IMG/VR virus record: IMGVR_UViG_3300037464_000033
Span: 1-46,059 of that record
DNA from: a virus
Taxonomy: Duplodnaviria; Caudoviricetes
Reading direction: 5' to 3' (one strand)
Length of the DNA: 46,059 bases
The notes beneath the pieces are model-generated. The model ran no database searches. It had not been told where the DNA came from and was given only the letters and a program-made list of their open reading frames with translations. A program made the position numbers and the translations under genes. Every line of letters starts with the position of its first letter. Within the stretch, counting starts at the first letter, position 1. Shown one piece after another: positions 1-7,578 of the stretch.

Positions 1-47
1 CTAGGTCTTCTGTTTTTTTAGGTGGGGTTACTTGGAACAATTTAGAA

Positions 48-119
48 CGGAGAGGGAGGGATTTGAACCCTCGAAGGATGTTAACACCCTTAACAGATTA
101 GCAATCTGCCGCTTTCGAC
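48..119 (-). pseudogene. trnS: 5'-truncated tRNA-Ser(GCT)
   Basis: Minus strand GTCGAAAGCG GCAGA-TTGCTAA-TCTGT, long variable arm, GAGGG-TTCAAAT-CCCTC, CCTCTCC-G. The 5' acceptor strand (GGAGAGG) and first half of the D arm are absent. Confidence 0.85.
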
Positions 120-120
120 T

Positions 121-247
121 GTGAACTACTTGACGGGTAATAGTTTCAGGCTTTCGCGATCCAGGCTTCCCCAGTTTTGCTTTTTACCAAATCTCGTTTG
201 ACTGCTTTAAACGCCTATGCAATAAACTGGAGCAACAACCGCCCAAT
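121..247 (-). ncRNA. Candidate structured RNA abutting the tRNA-Ser fragment; 3' end resembles an IS200/IS605 TnpB omegaRNA/right end
   Basis: Stem CTCCAGTTT/AAACTGGGG (232-224 with 177-169), inner CGTTT/AAACG, terminal hairpin AACTATT/AGTAGTT, ends GTAGTTCAC. G-U pairs favour the minus strand. Confidence 0.4.
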
Positions 248-249
248 GC

Positions 250-284
250 AGAAACCAGGTTAAACTTGTAGAAACCAAGTTAAA
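250..284 (+). repeat. Direct repeat AGAAACCA(G/A)GTTAAA x2, 20-bp period, just upstream of the GNAT gene (possible operator)
   Basis: 250-264 and 270-284 match at 14/15 nt. Confidence 0.6.
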
Positions 285-294
285 AGCATACGCA

Positions 295-1542
295 ATGGCA
301 ACTACAGAACAGCAGCGCAGATGGATAGGCAGGAAAATGGCAGGGCTCATTGTCCCGTGCCAACAATGCGGTGGTAAAAACAACAACAACCTGTGCGAAG
401 CATTTGAGTTGTGCCTGAAGTGTTGGCTCAAAACCCCAGAAGGTAAAGCGTACAACCAAGAAAAAGTAGCCCGATCAATCGCCAATAAATTTGATCGCGC
501 AGCCGAAGCCAAGCACATATCCATTAAATTTTCCGCAGAACTCGGCTTTGTGAACCGGGCGGCGCTGCAAGAGTCTGTCGAAAAAAATACCCTCGAAGTT
601 ATCGAAGGCGTTGGGTTTGTTCACTTCCACCACCGTCGTGACAAGCAAACTACCGTTTACTCGCTGGCAGTGCTGCCCGATCGCCAAAAAGAAGGCTGGG
701 GCCGACTGCTGTTTTACCGGGTACTGTGCAGCGCAATCGAGAACGGGTGCGACCGCATTGTCGCCAAATGCCCCGAAGATTTAGCAGCCAACACTTTTTA
801 CCAGCAGATCGGGTTCGTGCTTGCGAAAACCGAACCGGGGAAAAAGCGCCGACTAAACAGTTGGGAATATCGGATTCAACTGCCGCTGCTTTTCTACTGC
901 GGAGGCGGGGGCCAAAGCCAGCACGATCGAACGGCACTAGAAGAAGGCTGGCTGTTAGGACTTAGGAGCAATGGCAGGAATAAAGACCACTGGCACATGG
1001 CGATGGTAGACAACGAATGGGGCGAAGCGTACCGGCACGAGCAGCATTTAGCAATGGTCAGGCGCAACAAACCGCTAATTGCGACTGTGAAGGATATTGA
1101 GGCGATCGAGCAGTTGCCGGAGGCGCTGAAGCAGGCCCGCGAACTAGCTCAATATTGCGGGCGGGTAATTCTAATACCTAAAGTGAAAACCTGGCTTCCC
1201 AGTAAATACTGGCTGGGTTACAGTGTCCCGACCGGATACGGCGGGACCGATATTGAATGTGGCTGGTTTGGCGATCGGTTTGTTCACATCCTGGGCGGAT
1301 CTCCAGATGACCAAGCTAATTTTGCCAAGCATCTTAATGTAGTGAGTTTAGATGCTAATTACGCGATGGCTTTAGCAGATTTTGGAAAATCAGCGTGGCA
1401 GGGATGCAGCCGAGGCGTGAAAGTTGCCGAGGGATGCTACCCCGCGATGCGAATGTCATTCCAGAAACAGAAACAGTTTTGGCACACAGATCAATTGCTG
1501 CCTTGGGCAAACGATCCGCTTTTTTCCGGGCGGTGTGTTTAA
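295..1542 (+). CDS. Fusion of Cys-rich Zn-binding N-terminus, GNAT acetyltransferase and TGT-like (DUF6610-like) domain
   Basis: CQQC..C..CLKC; GNAT acetyl-CoA motif LAVLPDRQKEGWGR and ANTFYQQIGF; C-terminal ATVKD, LIPK, LGYSVPTGYG, VHILGGSP, VSLDAN motifs recalled from TGT-fold DUF6610-type proteins. Confidence 0.75.
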   Translation: MATTEQQRRWIGRKMAGLIVPCQQCGGKNNNNLCEAFELCLKCWLKTPEGKAYNQEKVARSIANKFDRAAEAKHISIKFSAELGFVNRAALQESVEKNTLEVIEGVGFVHFHHRRDKQTTVYSLAVLPDRQKEGWGRLLFYRVLCSAIENGCDRIVAKCPEDLAANTFYQQIGFVLAKTEPGKKRRLNSWEYRIQLPLLFYCGGGGQSQHDRTALEEGWLLGLRSNGRNKDHWHMAMVDNEWGEAYRHEQHLAMVRRNKPLIATVKDIEAIEQLPEALKQARELAQYCGRVILIPKVKTWLPSKYWLGYSVPTGYGGTDIECGWFGDRFVHILGGSPDDQANFAKHLNVVSLDANYAMALADFGKSAWQGCSRGVKVAEGCYPAMRMSFQKQKQFWHTDQLLPWANDPLFSGRCV

Positions 1543-1608
1543 GTTTACTTGCCCAGCGGCATTCACCCAACCAGCTACGCCGATCAGGTGGACATAAATC
1601 AAGAATAA
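1543..1608 (-). ncRNA. Structured 3' trailer of tRNA-Met (12-bp G-U-rich hairpin in a possible 3-way junction)
   Basis: CACCTGATCGGC-GTA-GCTGGTTGGGTG (1590-1564) pairs fully only on the minus strand; followed by GCC-GCTG-GGC. Confidence 0.45.
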
Positions 1609-1681
1609 AGTCGGGGGGTGGAGTCGAACCACCAGAAAGTCAGCTTATGAGACTGATGAGCGACCGCTGCTCAACCCCGGC
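1609..1681 (-). tRNA. tRNA with CAT anticodon (Met-like, initiator-like D arm, atypical acceptor stem)
   Basis: GCCGGGG TT GAGC-AGCGGTC-GCTC A TCAGT-CTCATAA-GCTGA CTTTCT GGTGG-TTCGACT-CCACC CCCCGAC T. C2:A71 mismatch; no encoded CCA. Confidence 0.85.
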
Positions 1682-1837
1682 ATTCCCCCCAGCATTTAAC
1701 GTCATGAGAGAGGATGGACGGGTATACGGTTTAGCCTTGGTATGCCAGCAGGTGTCATTTATACTCAGGTTTTCGGTCTACCTTTGCATCGGTAGTTTAC
1801 TTATGTTTCAACCCTACTAATCGCTAAGTGACTTGCT
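1682..1837 (-). ncRNA. Structured ~155-nt leader upstream of tRNA-Met ending in an H-type pseudoknot
   Basis: Stems GGGTT/AACCT, CTACC/GGTAG (1778-1795), GTATA/TATAC; pseudoknot CGTC-loop-GACG-TTAAA with loop TCTCTCA pairing TGGGGGG (1682-1720). Confidence 0.5.
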
Positions 1838-1843
1838 AAATAA

Positions 1844-1872
1844 ATAATATCACAACGTTTCGTTAAAAACAA
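1844..1872 (-). promoter_or_regulatory. Sigma70-type promoter for the tRNA/ncRNA transcript
   Basis: TTGTTT-17 nt-TATTAT with extended -10 TG. Confidence 0.5.
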
Positions 1873-1892
1873 TGAATTTAGACGATTGTTAC

Positions 1893-2456
1893 TTAATTCC
1901 CGGCTGCAGCCGGATAAGTCTTGTTAAACCATTCCAGCAACTCTTCCAAATTGTTAAATTTTTGAGTCAGCGGATGGTCGTTTGGTGTGGCAAACAAACC
2001 GCCCATATAGCTGCGGATATGCCAGTCAGCATCTTGGTCGGTGGTGATCGACTCATGCTGGATCGGAATTTCAGCATTTTCGCCATAGACCAGCTTGTAA
2101 GCAGCGTTGACTCGTTCGTTCGGAGGCAGTGGCTGCCCTTCTGGAGGTTTGGGTTTTTGTATTTGGAACTCGGTCGGTTGCTCCGGGTGCGGCTCTTGTT
2201 GCTTGGGTGCTTCTGGAGTGGATGGCTCGGCGGGCGGCGGTTCGATCGCGGGTTGTTCCGGTGCAGACTGTTCTTGTGCTGGTTGTTTTGGCGCGGGTTG
2301 CTCTTGTGGAGATTCTTCCGGCTTTGATTCTTCCGGTTGCGATTCTTCCGGCTTAGGTTGTTCGGCTGGCTGTTCTTCGGATTCAATTTCCTTAGTAGAC
2401 TCATCTGAGCTACCCAAATGCATGATTTTAGATACGGTGTCGGTAATTAAGTTCAT
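1893..2456 (-). CDS. Hypothetical protein with Pro/Glu/Gln-rich pentapeptide repeats
   Basis: 187 aa; PEESQ/PEESK/PEQPA-type ~15-bp repeats followed by a short globular C-terminus. Confidence 0.75.
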   Translation of the reverse strand: MNLITDTVSKIMHLGSSDESTKEIESEEQPAEQPKPEESQPEESKPEESPQEQPAPKQPAQEQSAPEQPAIEPPPAEPSTPEAPKQQEPHPEQPTEFQIQKPKPPEGQPLPPNERVNAAYKLVYGENAEIPIQHESITTDQDADWHIRSYMGGLFATPNDHPLTQKFNNLEELLEWFNKTYPAAAGN

Positions 2457-2615
2457 AATGTTTTGGGCTAATTTAAGTAGATTATACCTTGAATTGTTAC
2501 GGGTGTAAAAATTGATTGGTACGTGAGTTGATATATTTTGGCTCCTTTTGGTTACGTCGTAGGAGCAGGTTTATTAATTTATTGTGACATATTTAAACAC
2601 ACTGTATTTATGCAC

Positions 2616-2640
2616 TATTTTAGCTAAATAAGCTAAAATA
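2616..2640. promoter_or_regulatory. Perfect 10-bp inverted repeat overlapping a likely -10 upstream of terS
   Basis: TATTTTAGCT-AAATA-AGCTAAAATA; TAAAAT at 2634-2639. Confidence 0.45.
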
Positions 2641-2669
2641 TAGTGTATTAAGTGTATTTAACAGACAAA

Positions 2670-3359
2670 ATGAAAGGCAAAAAAGGCAGAAATAGCCTCT
2701 ATACTCAAGCGACATTAGACATCATCCAGAAAGAATTAATAGAACACGGTTGCAATCAACGCGCTTTTAAAGCAGCAGGAATTAGCAAAGAAGTTTTTTA
2801 TTTATGGATGCGTAAACACCCTGAATTTGCTACGCTAGTGGAAGAGGCTAAGCAAGAGCGATTGTTTCGGAGGCAGGAGACGCTTAAATTACAAGCAGAC
2901 AAGATTGTAGAAGATCTTTTGCAAAATGGTGCTGTGACAAAAATCACAATTATTGAAGAAGGAACTTCGGACAAGTTTGGCTCTTATGTAAAAAAAACGG
3001 TTAGGGAAGTTCGGTCTCCTACTCCGGTCAAAATTCTTGATCGAGTTCTTGGCAAACCATCAGACGAGCTTGAAGCTTTTACCGCTTTTGTAAATGCAGG
3101 ATGGCTTCCTCGATCATTGTTAAATTTAGCAGAAAATGAAATTAACAACATTAAGCTCGTTATTAGACAGGCGTTTGCGGGAATTTTCCCAGACAGTACG
3201 GAAGCTGCAATTACTGGACTCACTCCCGAAACTGCAGCCGCTCTTAAACAGCACCTTTTGGGCATCCAACCCGCCGATGCTTTTGAGATATCAGCAGATG
3301 TGGAACCGGGACAGCAGCCCGATCAAGATTTGCGAGAAATCAAGAAGGATAGGGATTAG
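2670..3359 (+). CDS. terS: Terminase small subunit
   Basis: N-terminal HTH (GRNSLYT...AAGISKEVFYLWMRKHPEF); directly upstream of TerL; ATG at 2670 (GTG 2652 possible). Confidence 0.8.
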   Translation: MKGKKGRNSLYTQATLDIIQKELIEHGCNQRAFKAAGISKEVFYLWMRKHPEFATLVEEAKQERLFRRQETLKLQADKIVEDLLQNGAVTKITIIEEGTSDKFGSYVKKTVREVRSPTPVKILDRVLGKPSDELEAFTAFVNAGWLPRSLLNLAENEINNIKLVIRQAFAGIFPDSTEAAITGLTPETAAALKQHLLGIQPADAFEISADVEPGQQPDQDLREIKKDRD

Positions 3360-4542
3360 TTGGGCGGACGCTGCCGACTCGGCATTGGTAGCGGCTGAAA
3401 TCAACGGCTCAGATTCTTGGTATGTCGGCTACAACTTCGATATGAGTCGCCAATATATAGAGGACGTTGCGTACTGGGCGCGGGCGTATAATTTAGCGTG
3501 TTCCGGGATTAACGAGTCAGTCATTGAAGAGCCAGACAAAAACATTCTTGCTTATACTATCCGGTTTGACTCAGGGTTCAAAGTCACGGCGCTGTCGTCG
3601 CGTCCGGCAAACTTGCGATCGAAGAAGGGACGGTTGCGGATTGATGAGGCGGCATTCCATGATGACTTGGAAGAACTGATTAAGGCAGCGCTGGCAATCA
3701 ATATGTGGGGTGGCAAAGTTGCTATTTGGAGTACTCACAACGGCAAGGACAATTATTTCAATCAGTTAATTGAAAAGTGCAAAACCAAAGAACTCAACTA
3801 CTCCTATCATCGCTATGACTTAGACACTGCGATCGCCGATGGATTGTACCGCCGCATCTGTCTGGTTTCAAATCAACGATGGTCGATCGAGCGCGAACAG
3901 GCATGGATCGAACAATTGCGGAAAGACTACGGCATTAACGCGAGGGAAGAGTTAGACTGCATCCCGTTTGAGGCTAAGGGTGCGGGTTCAGTATTCAAGC
4001 GTGAATGGTTTGAGGTAGTCGATCGAGTGCCAGTGGGCGGGCGGATTGTGAGGTTTTGGGACTTAGCGGCAAGTACGAAATCATCAGCGTTTTTCACTGC
4101 TGGGGTTAAAATGAAAAAAGTTGATGGTGTTTATTACGTGCTAGATGCGATCGCCGAGCAAGTTTCACCAGCAGAAGGAAAAAAATTGCTGCAAGATACC
4201 GGAAACCTAGATGGCAAAAATGTGTTTGTAAATTGGGAGCTTGAAGGCGGGAGTTCTGGAGGCTGGGTTGACGATGAATTGCGCGGTATGCTGAGAGGTG
4301 CAGGGTTGCAAGCGGCGGGAGTTCGACCATTGGGGGATAAAGTAAAACGTGCAAGTCCTTTTGCCACACAGGCTCTAAATGGAAATGTGAAAATTCTTAG
4401 AGGAGATTGGAACGAACGGTATCTTGACGCGCTATATAAATTTGAAGCCAAGCCAAAACCGTTAATTAGCGACCTGACGGACGCCAGTTCCGGCGCTTAT
4501 CACGCATTAAGTAAGGAAATTCTTGCCGGAGATTTTGATTGA
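3136..4542 (+). CDS. terL: Terminase large subunit (Mu gp28-like ATPase + RNase H-like nuclease)
   Basis: LLRYQ, KSRRIGISW, LRIDEAAFH (Walker B), STHNG, RFWDLAA, DLTDASS. Start uncertain (3136 or 3277). Confidence 0.92.
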   Translation: MKLTTLSSLLDRRLREFSQTVRKLQLLDSLPKLQPLLNSTFWASNPPMLLRYQQMWNRDSSPIKICEKSRRIGISWADAADSALVAAEINGSDSWYVGYNFDMSRQYIEDVAYWARAYNLACSGINESVIEEPDKNILAYTIRFDSGFKVTALSSRPANLRSKKGRLRIDEAAFHDDLEELIKAALAINMWGGKVAIWSTHNGKDNYFNQLIEKCKTKELNYSYHRYDLDTAIADGLYRRICLVSNQRWSIEREQAWIEQLRKDYGINAREELDCIPFEAKGAGSVFKREWFEVVDRVPVGGRIVRFWDLAASTKSSAFFTAGVKMKKVDGVYYVLDAIAEQVSPAEGKKLLQDTGNLDGKNVFVNWELEGGSSGGWVDDELRGMLRGAGLQAAGVRPLGDKVKRASPFATQALNGNVKILRGDWNERYLDALYKFEAKPKPLISDLTDASSGAYHALSKEILAGDFD

Positions 4543-4572
4543 TATAATTAATTATTATTTTGATATTTGCCA

Positions 4573-5931
4573 ATGCGATCGCCCTTACCCACTCCCGGCC
4601 GAAACAAACTGCTAGAGAATATCTGGCAGTCTATTACCAACTACACCCGCACCGTAGTTGGCGGGCGATCGAAGCCAATTTCTCAGGCGGACTACGACAG
4701 CGACTCGCTTTACGGTCGGCGCTATGACTTGGAAATTAGGGAGCCAATCGTTCGCAGCGACGGGCGCACTCGCAAATTGGTGGAAATGATCGAAAATTCT
4801 CCGGAAATTACGCTGGCTCTGGACTTGCGCCGAGAAGCAATTTGGAGCAACCCTACCGGGGACGATCGTGGCTGGGACATCGCGCCAACGCTCAATGACA
4901 ACAAAACCCCCATCAACCCGGAAGTTTACAAAATTTTACAGCGGCTGCGGGAAGAAGTAATCGGAGGGCTAACGTTAGATGCAGGACCGGAGTTGTTGAT
5001 GGCGTGGGGTGATTGGTTTTTGTCGATTGGCGTGAACACAAAAACTAACAGGATCGAGCGGGTGCTGTTTCCGCCAACTTTTGAAATGTTTAGAATTGAA
5101 AGTCCGAACGGAGAACTTTTGGGATTCCAGCAGCGCGCTCAACTTTCCAACGAATCAACGGCATTAAATTTTCACCCGATCGCCTGCGCTCACGCACGGT
5201 ATCGGTGGCGCCCCCCGCATTTGTACGGTAGATCGCTTTATCTTGAGTCGATTGATGATTGGAAAAATTTAGAAAACGTCAAATTAGATATCCCAAATGC
5301 AGCCCGAGCTACGGGTACAAATCCAAATCTGCATTTGATGCCCTGTGAATACAACAAATCCGACATGAAAGATTACAAAGAAGCTCACCGAGAAAGGATG
5401 CGCCGTGGAGGGAACATCACTGATTATTACTTGATGAACGGCGCGGATTTGAAAAAATTATCTACTACAAATCCTGATTTTTCGGGATTGCTAGCTGTTT
5501 TAAAAGAATTTCAATTAGCAATAGCACGCAAATCAAAAATTCCGCTGTATTTAATGGGGTATAGTTGGGGAGGAGCCAACGATATTGCCACGCAACCAAT
5601 GCTCAATTACGCGCGCAGTTTAAACGGCGATCGCGCTTTAATTACATATTCAGTTATTAAGCATTTATGCAATTTAGAATTAGCTTTGCACGGGATTGAA
5701 AAAGATAAATGGCTGTACAGAATTGTGTGGCCCAAACTGTACGTAAATCAGTTTGAAACGCAATTAAACCCGTTGGAAGCTGAAGAATCTAACAATTTAG
5801 GAATAGAAGATTTAGATTCAACTCGGTTAGGGAAGCAGTTAGACTGGTTGACAACTGCCAACAATCGCGATGTTCGAGAAGGTTTAGAAGTTATTAAAAA
5901 CGGCAAATCACAATTGTTGGAGGTAGGGTAA
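4573..5931 (+). CDS. Portal protein
   Basis: Follows TerL; ~450 aa; LYGRS and KIPLYLMG portal-like motifs. Confidence 0.85.
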   Translation: MRSPLPTPGRNKLLENIWQSITNYTRTVVGGRSKPISQADYDSDSLYGRRYDLEIREPIVRSDGRTRKLVEMIENSPEITLALDLRREAIWSNPTGDDRGWDIAPTLNDNKTPINPEVYKILQRLREEVIGGLTLDAGPELLMAWGDWFLSIGVNTKTNRIERVLFPPTFEMFRIESPNGELLGFQQRAQLSNESTALNFHPIACAHARYRWRPPHLYGRSLYLESIDDWKNLENVKLDIPNAARATGTNPNLHLMPCEYNKSDMKDYKEAHRERMRRGGNITDYYLMNGADLKKLSTTNPDFSGLLAVLKEFQLAIARKSKIPLYLMGYSWGGANDIATQPMLNYARSLNGDRALITYSVIKHLCNLELALHGIEKDKWLYRIVWPKLYVNQFETQLNPLEAEESNNLGIEDLDSTRLGKQLDWLTTANNRDVREGLEVIKNGKSQLLEVG

Positions 5932-6248
5932 TGCCAATAACAACAACAGACAGGGGAAAAATACTTAGATATTTAGAGTTATCAATTACGTCTAAAATGA
6001 CGATTGATTTGTTGTGTGATTTGGTAGAGCAAACGTCTGAGCAAATGGCGCAACAAACAATTGAACTTATACAGCAATTAGATGCAAATGCAGAAGAAAT
6101 CCGCAAAGCGTCTACGGGAATGGTAAAGCTTGACGTCATAGAGTGGAAAGAAAATCGAAGTTGCGATTTGCGGAGTTACAAACAGGAACTTGTTAAACAG
6201 CTTGCAAACTCGATTGGGTACGAAATAAAACCAGTCTATCCTTTTTAA
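5931..6248 (+). CDS. Putative head-tail adaptor / virion protein
   Basis: Small helical protein translationally coupled to the portal (TAATG). Confidence 0.5.
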   Translation: MPITTTDRGKILRYLELSITSKMTIDLLCDLVEQTSEQMAQQTIELIQQLDANAEEIRKASTGMVKLDVIEWKENRSCDLRSYKQELVKQLANSIGYEIKPVYPF

Positions 6249-6287
6249 AAACTTTTAGCATTAAATAAATTATTGGAGTTACTAAGT

Positions 6288-7271
6288 ATGAGTATTAAAA
6301 TTATAAATTCTCAGGTTGTTGAACAAGGTTTTGTTTCAGAAAGAGATTTTAAAATTGGAGATCGAGTTAGCTGGGAATCTGTGGCGGGAAAAACGACAGG
6401 ACGAATTTTTGAAATATTTGACAGAGGTTTAATTCCCGGAATACATTTAGATATTCAAGCTTCCCCTCAAAATTTGGGGTATTTAATTGAACTAGATACA
6501 CCTAACAGAAAAGGCGTTGTTGTGGGTAAAGTGGCTTCTGATTTAAAATTTGCTATTCCCGCTATTGTAGAAACTGAAGAGACGATTCCTGGATCTATAA
6601 TAACGGGTGTTTTTCCCTCGTTAACCCAACAGCAAATAGCAAAAGTCAATCAATTTATACCTGCGGGTTTTTCCCTAGTTAATCCTGAAAAGTTGACAGT
6701 TGTAAAATTTATAGTTGCCGACAATTTGGTAAATCGAGGGCGAGGAAAATGGAGGGAAAAAGATTTAGTTGTTTTAGCTAAAATGCTGGATACAATGGGC
6801 GTTCCTCACACCCTTGACCACGATTGGGAAGATATTGCAAAAACTCAAGGGTTGGTTATTGAAGGAAAAATTTTTAATGAAAAGACTGCGCCAGAAAACT
6901 TAATTTTAGCGGCGGGCAACAAAAAGTTAAATTCCGAAATAGTAAAAAAAGAGGGTTTTTTGCAGGTACTGGCTACTGTTGCGTTCCCAATCGACAGCCC
7001 GATTGTGCAGCGCTTGAGCATGGGAATTGGGCGGGCAGTTTCGCTGGGAGGGTTTGCATTTGAAAATTACGTGTGTCCAATTTGCGAAACCAGTTTTACA
7101 TACAAAAATTGTCCGCACTACATCCCTGGAGGTTGGGATGCTTGGGGAGAAGATCCAAGTTTGGTAGCACCGTATTACATTCGCGACGGTCTATACGATT
7201 TGGGCGAGCTATCCTCGGTGCTTATTGCGAACCTTCCCGGCGCGACTGCCGTTGTTGGGAACGGTGTTTAA
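6288..7271 (+). CDS. Putative prohead protease with N-terminal Tudor/SH3-like domain
   Basis: FKIGDRVSW N-terminal domain; LDHDW, VSLG, CPIC...CPH, ELSSV motifs; between portal and capsid; GGAG SD before ATG 6288. Confidence 0.7.
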   Translation: MSIKIINSQVVEQGFVSERDFKIGDRVSWESVAGKTTGRIFEIFDRGLIPGIHLDIQASPQNLGYLIELDTPNRKGVVVGKVASDLKFAIPAIVETEETIPGSIITGVFPSLTQQQIAKVNQFIPAGFSLVNPEKLTVVKFIVADNLVNRGRGKWREKDLVVLAKMLDTMGVPHTLDHDWEDIAKTQGLVIEGKIFNEKTAPENLILAAGNKKLNSEIVKKEGFLQVLATVAFPIDSPIVQRLSMGIGRAVSLGGFAFENYVCPICETSFTYKNCPHYIPGGWDAWGEDPSLVAPYYIRDGLYDLGELSSVLIANLPGATAVVGNGV

Positions 7272-7469
7272 AAGTATTAGAGGGTGTACGTTCAACGCTT
7301 TTGCATATACGAGAATTTCGGAATGCGCGAGTTCGCGCTGACCCGTTTCTACCTGCGAAATAACTGCTTGACAGATATTTAATTGTTTTGCAAGTTGCGT
7401 CTGGGTTAAGTTTGCCCTGCGCCGAAAGATTTGAATTTGTTCGCCAAGGGTCACGGTTAGGGGTTTCAT
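7209..7469 (-). CDS. XRE/Cro-family HTH regulator
   Basis: LGEQIQIFRRRANLTQTQLAKQLNICQAVISQVETGQR. Confidence 0.88.
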   Translation of the reverse strand: MKPLTVTLGEQIQIFRRRANLTQTQLAKQLNICQAVISQVETGQRELAHSEILVYAKALNVHPLILLNTVPNNGSRAGKVRNKHRG

Positions 7470-7578
7470 ACGGCATAACTAATATAGTAATTACTTAAAA
7501 TTATAGCAAAACCTAATATTTTTATATATCTCTCACGTTGTTCAAATACATTGAAATTAACTATTCCATTTTTTTGAT

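Noticed and set aside
121-1566. GTGAA...TTCAC as terminal inverted repeats of an element carrying the GNAT gene, or an intron splitting tRNA-Ser
   Set aside because: Only 5 bp, no target duplication, no group I/II core motifs, and I found no matching 5' tRNA-Ser half (GGAGAGG...) upstream.
1560-1600. Hammerhead or HDV ribozyme in the tRNA trailer
   Set aside because: CTGATCG is not CUGANGA, there is no GAAA core, and the HDV nested pseudoknot could not be built.
1872-2508. Overlapping ORFs 1872..2327, 1967..2404, 2107..2508, 2129..2356
   Set aside because: Shadow frames of the stop-poor repeat region of ORF 1893..2456.
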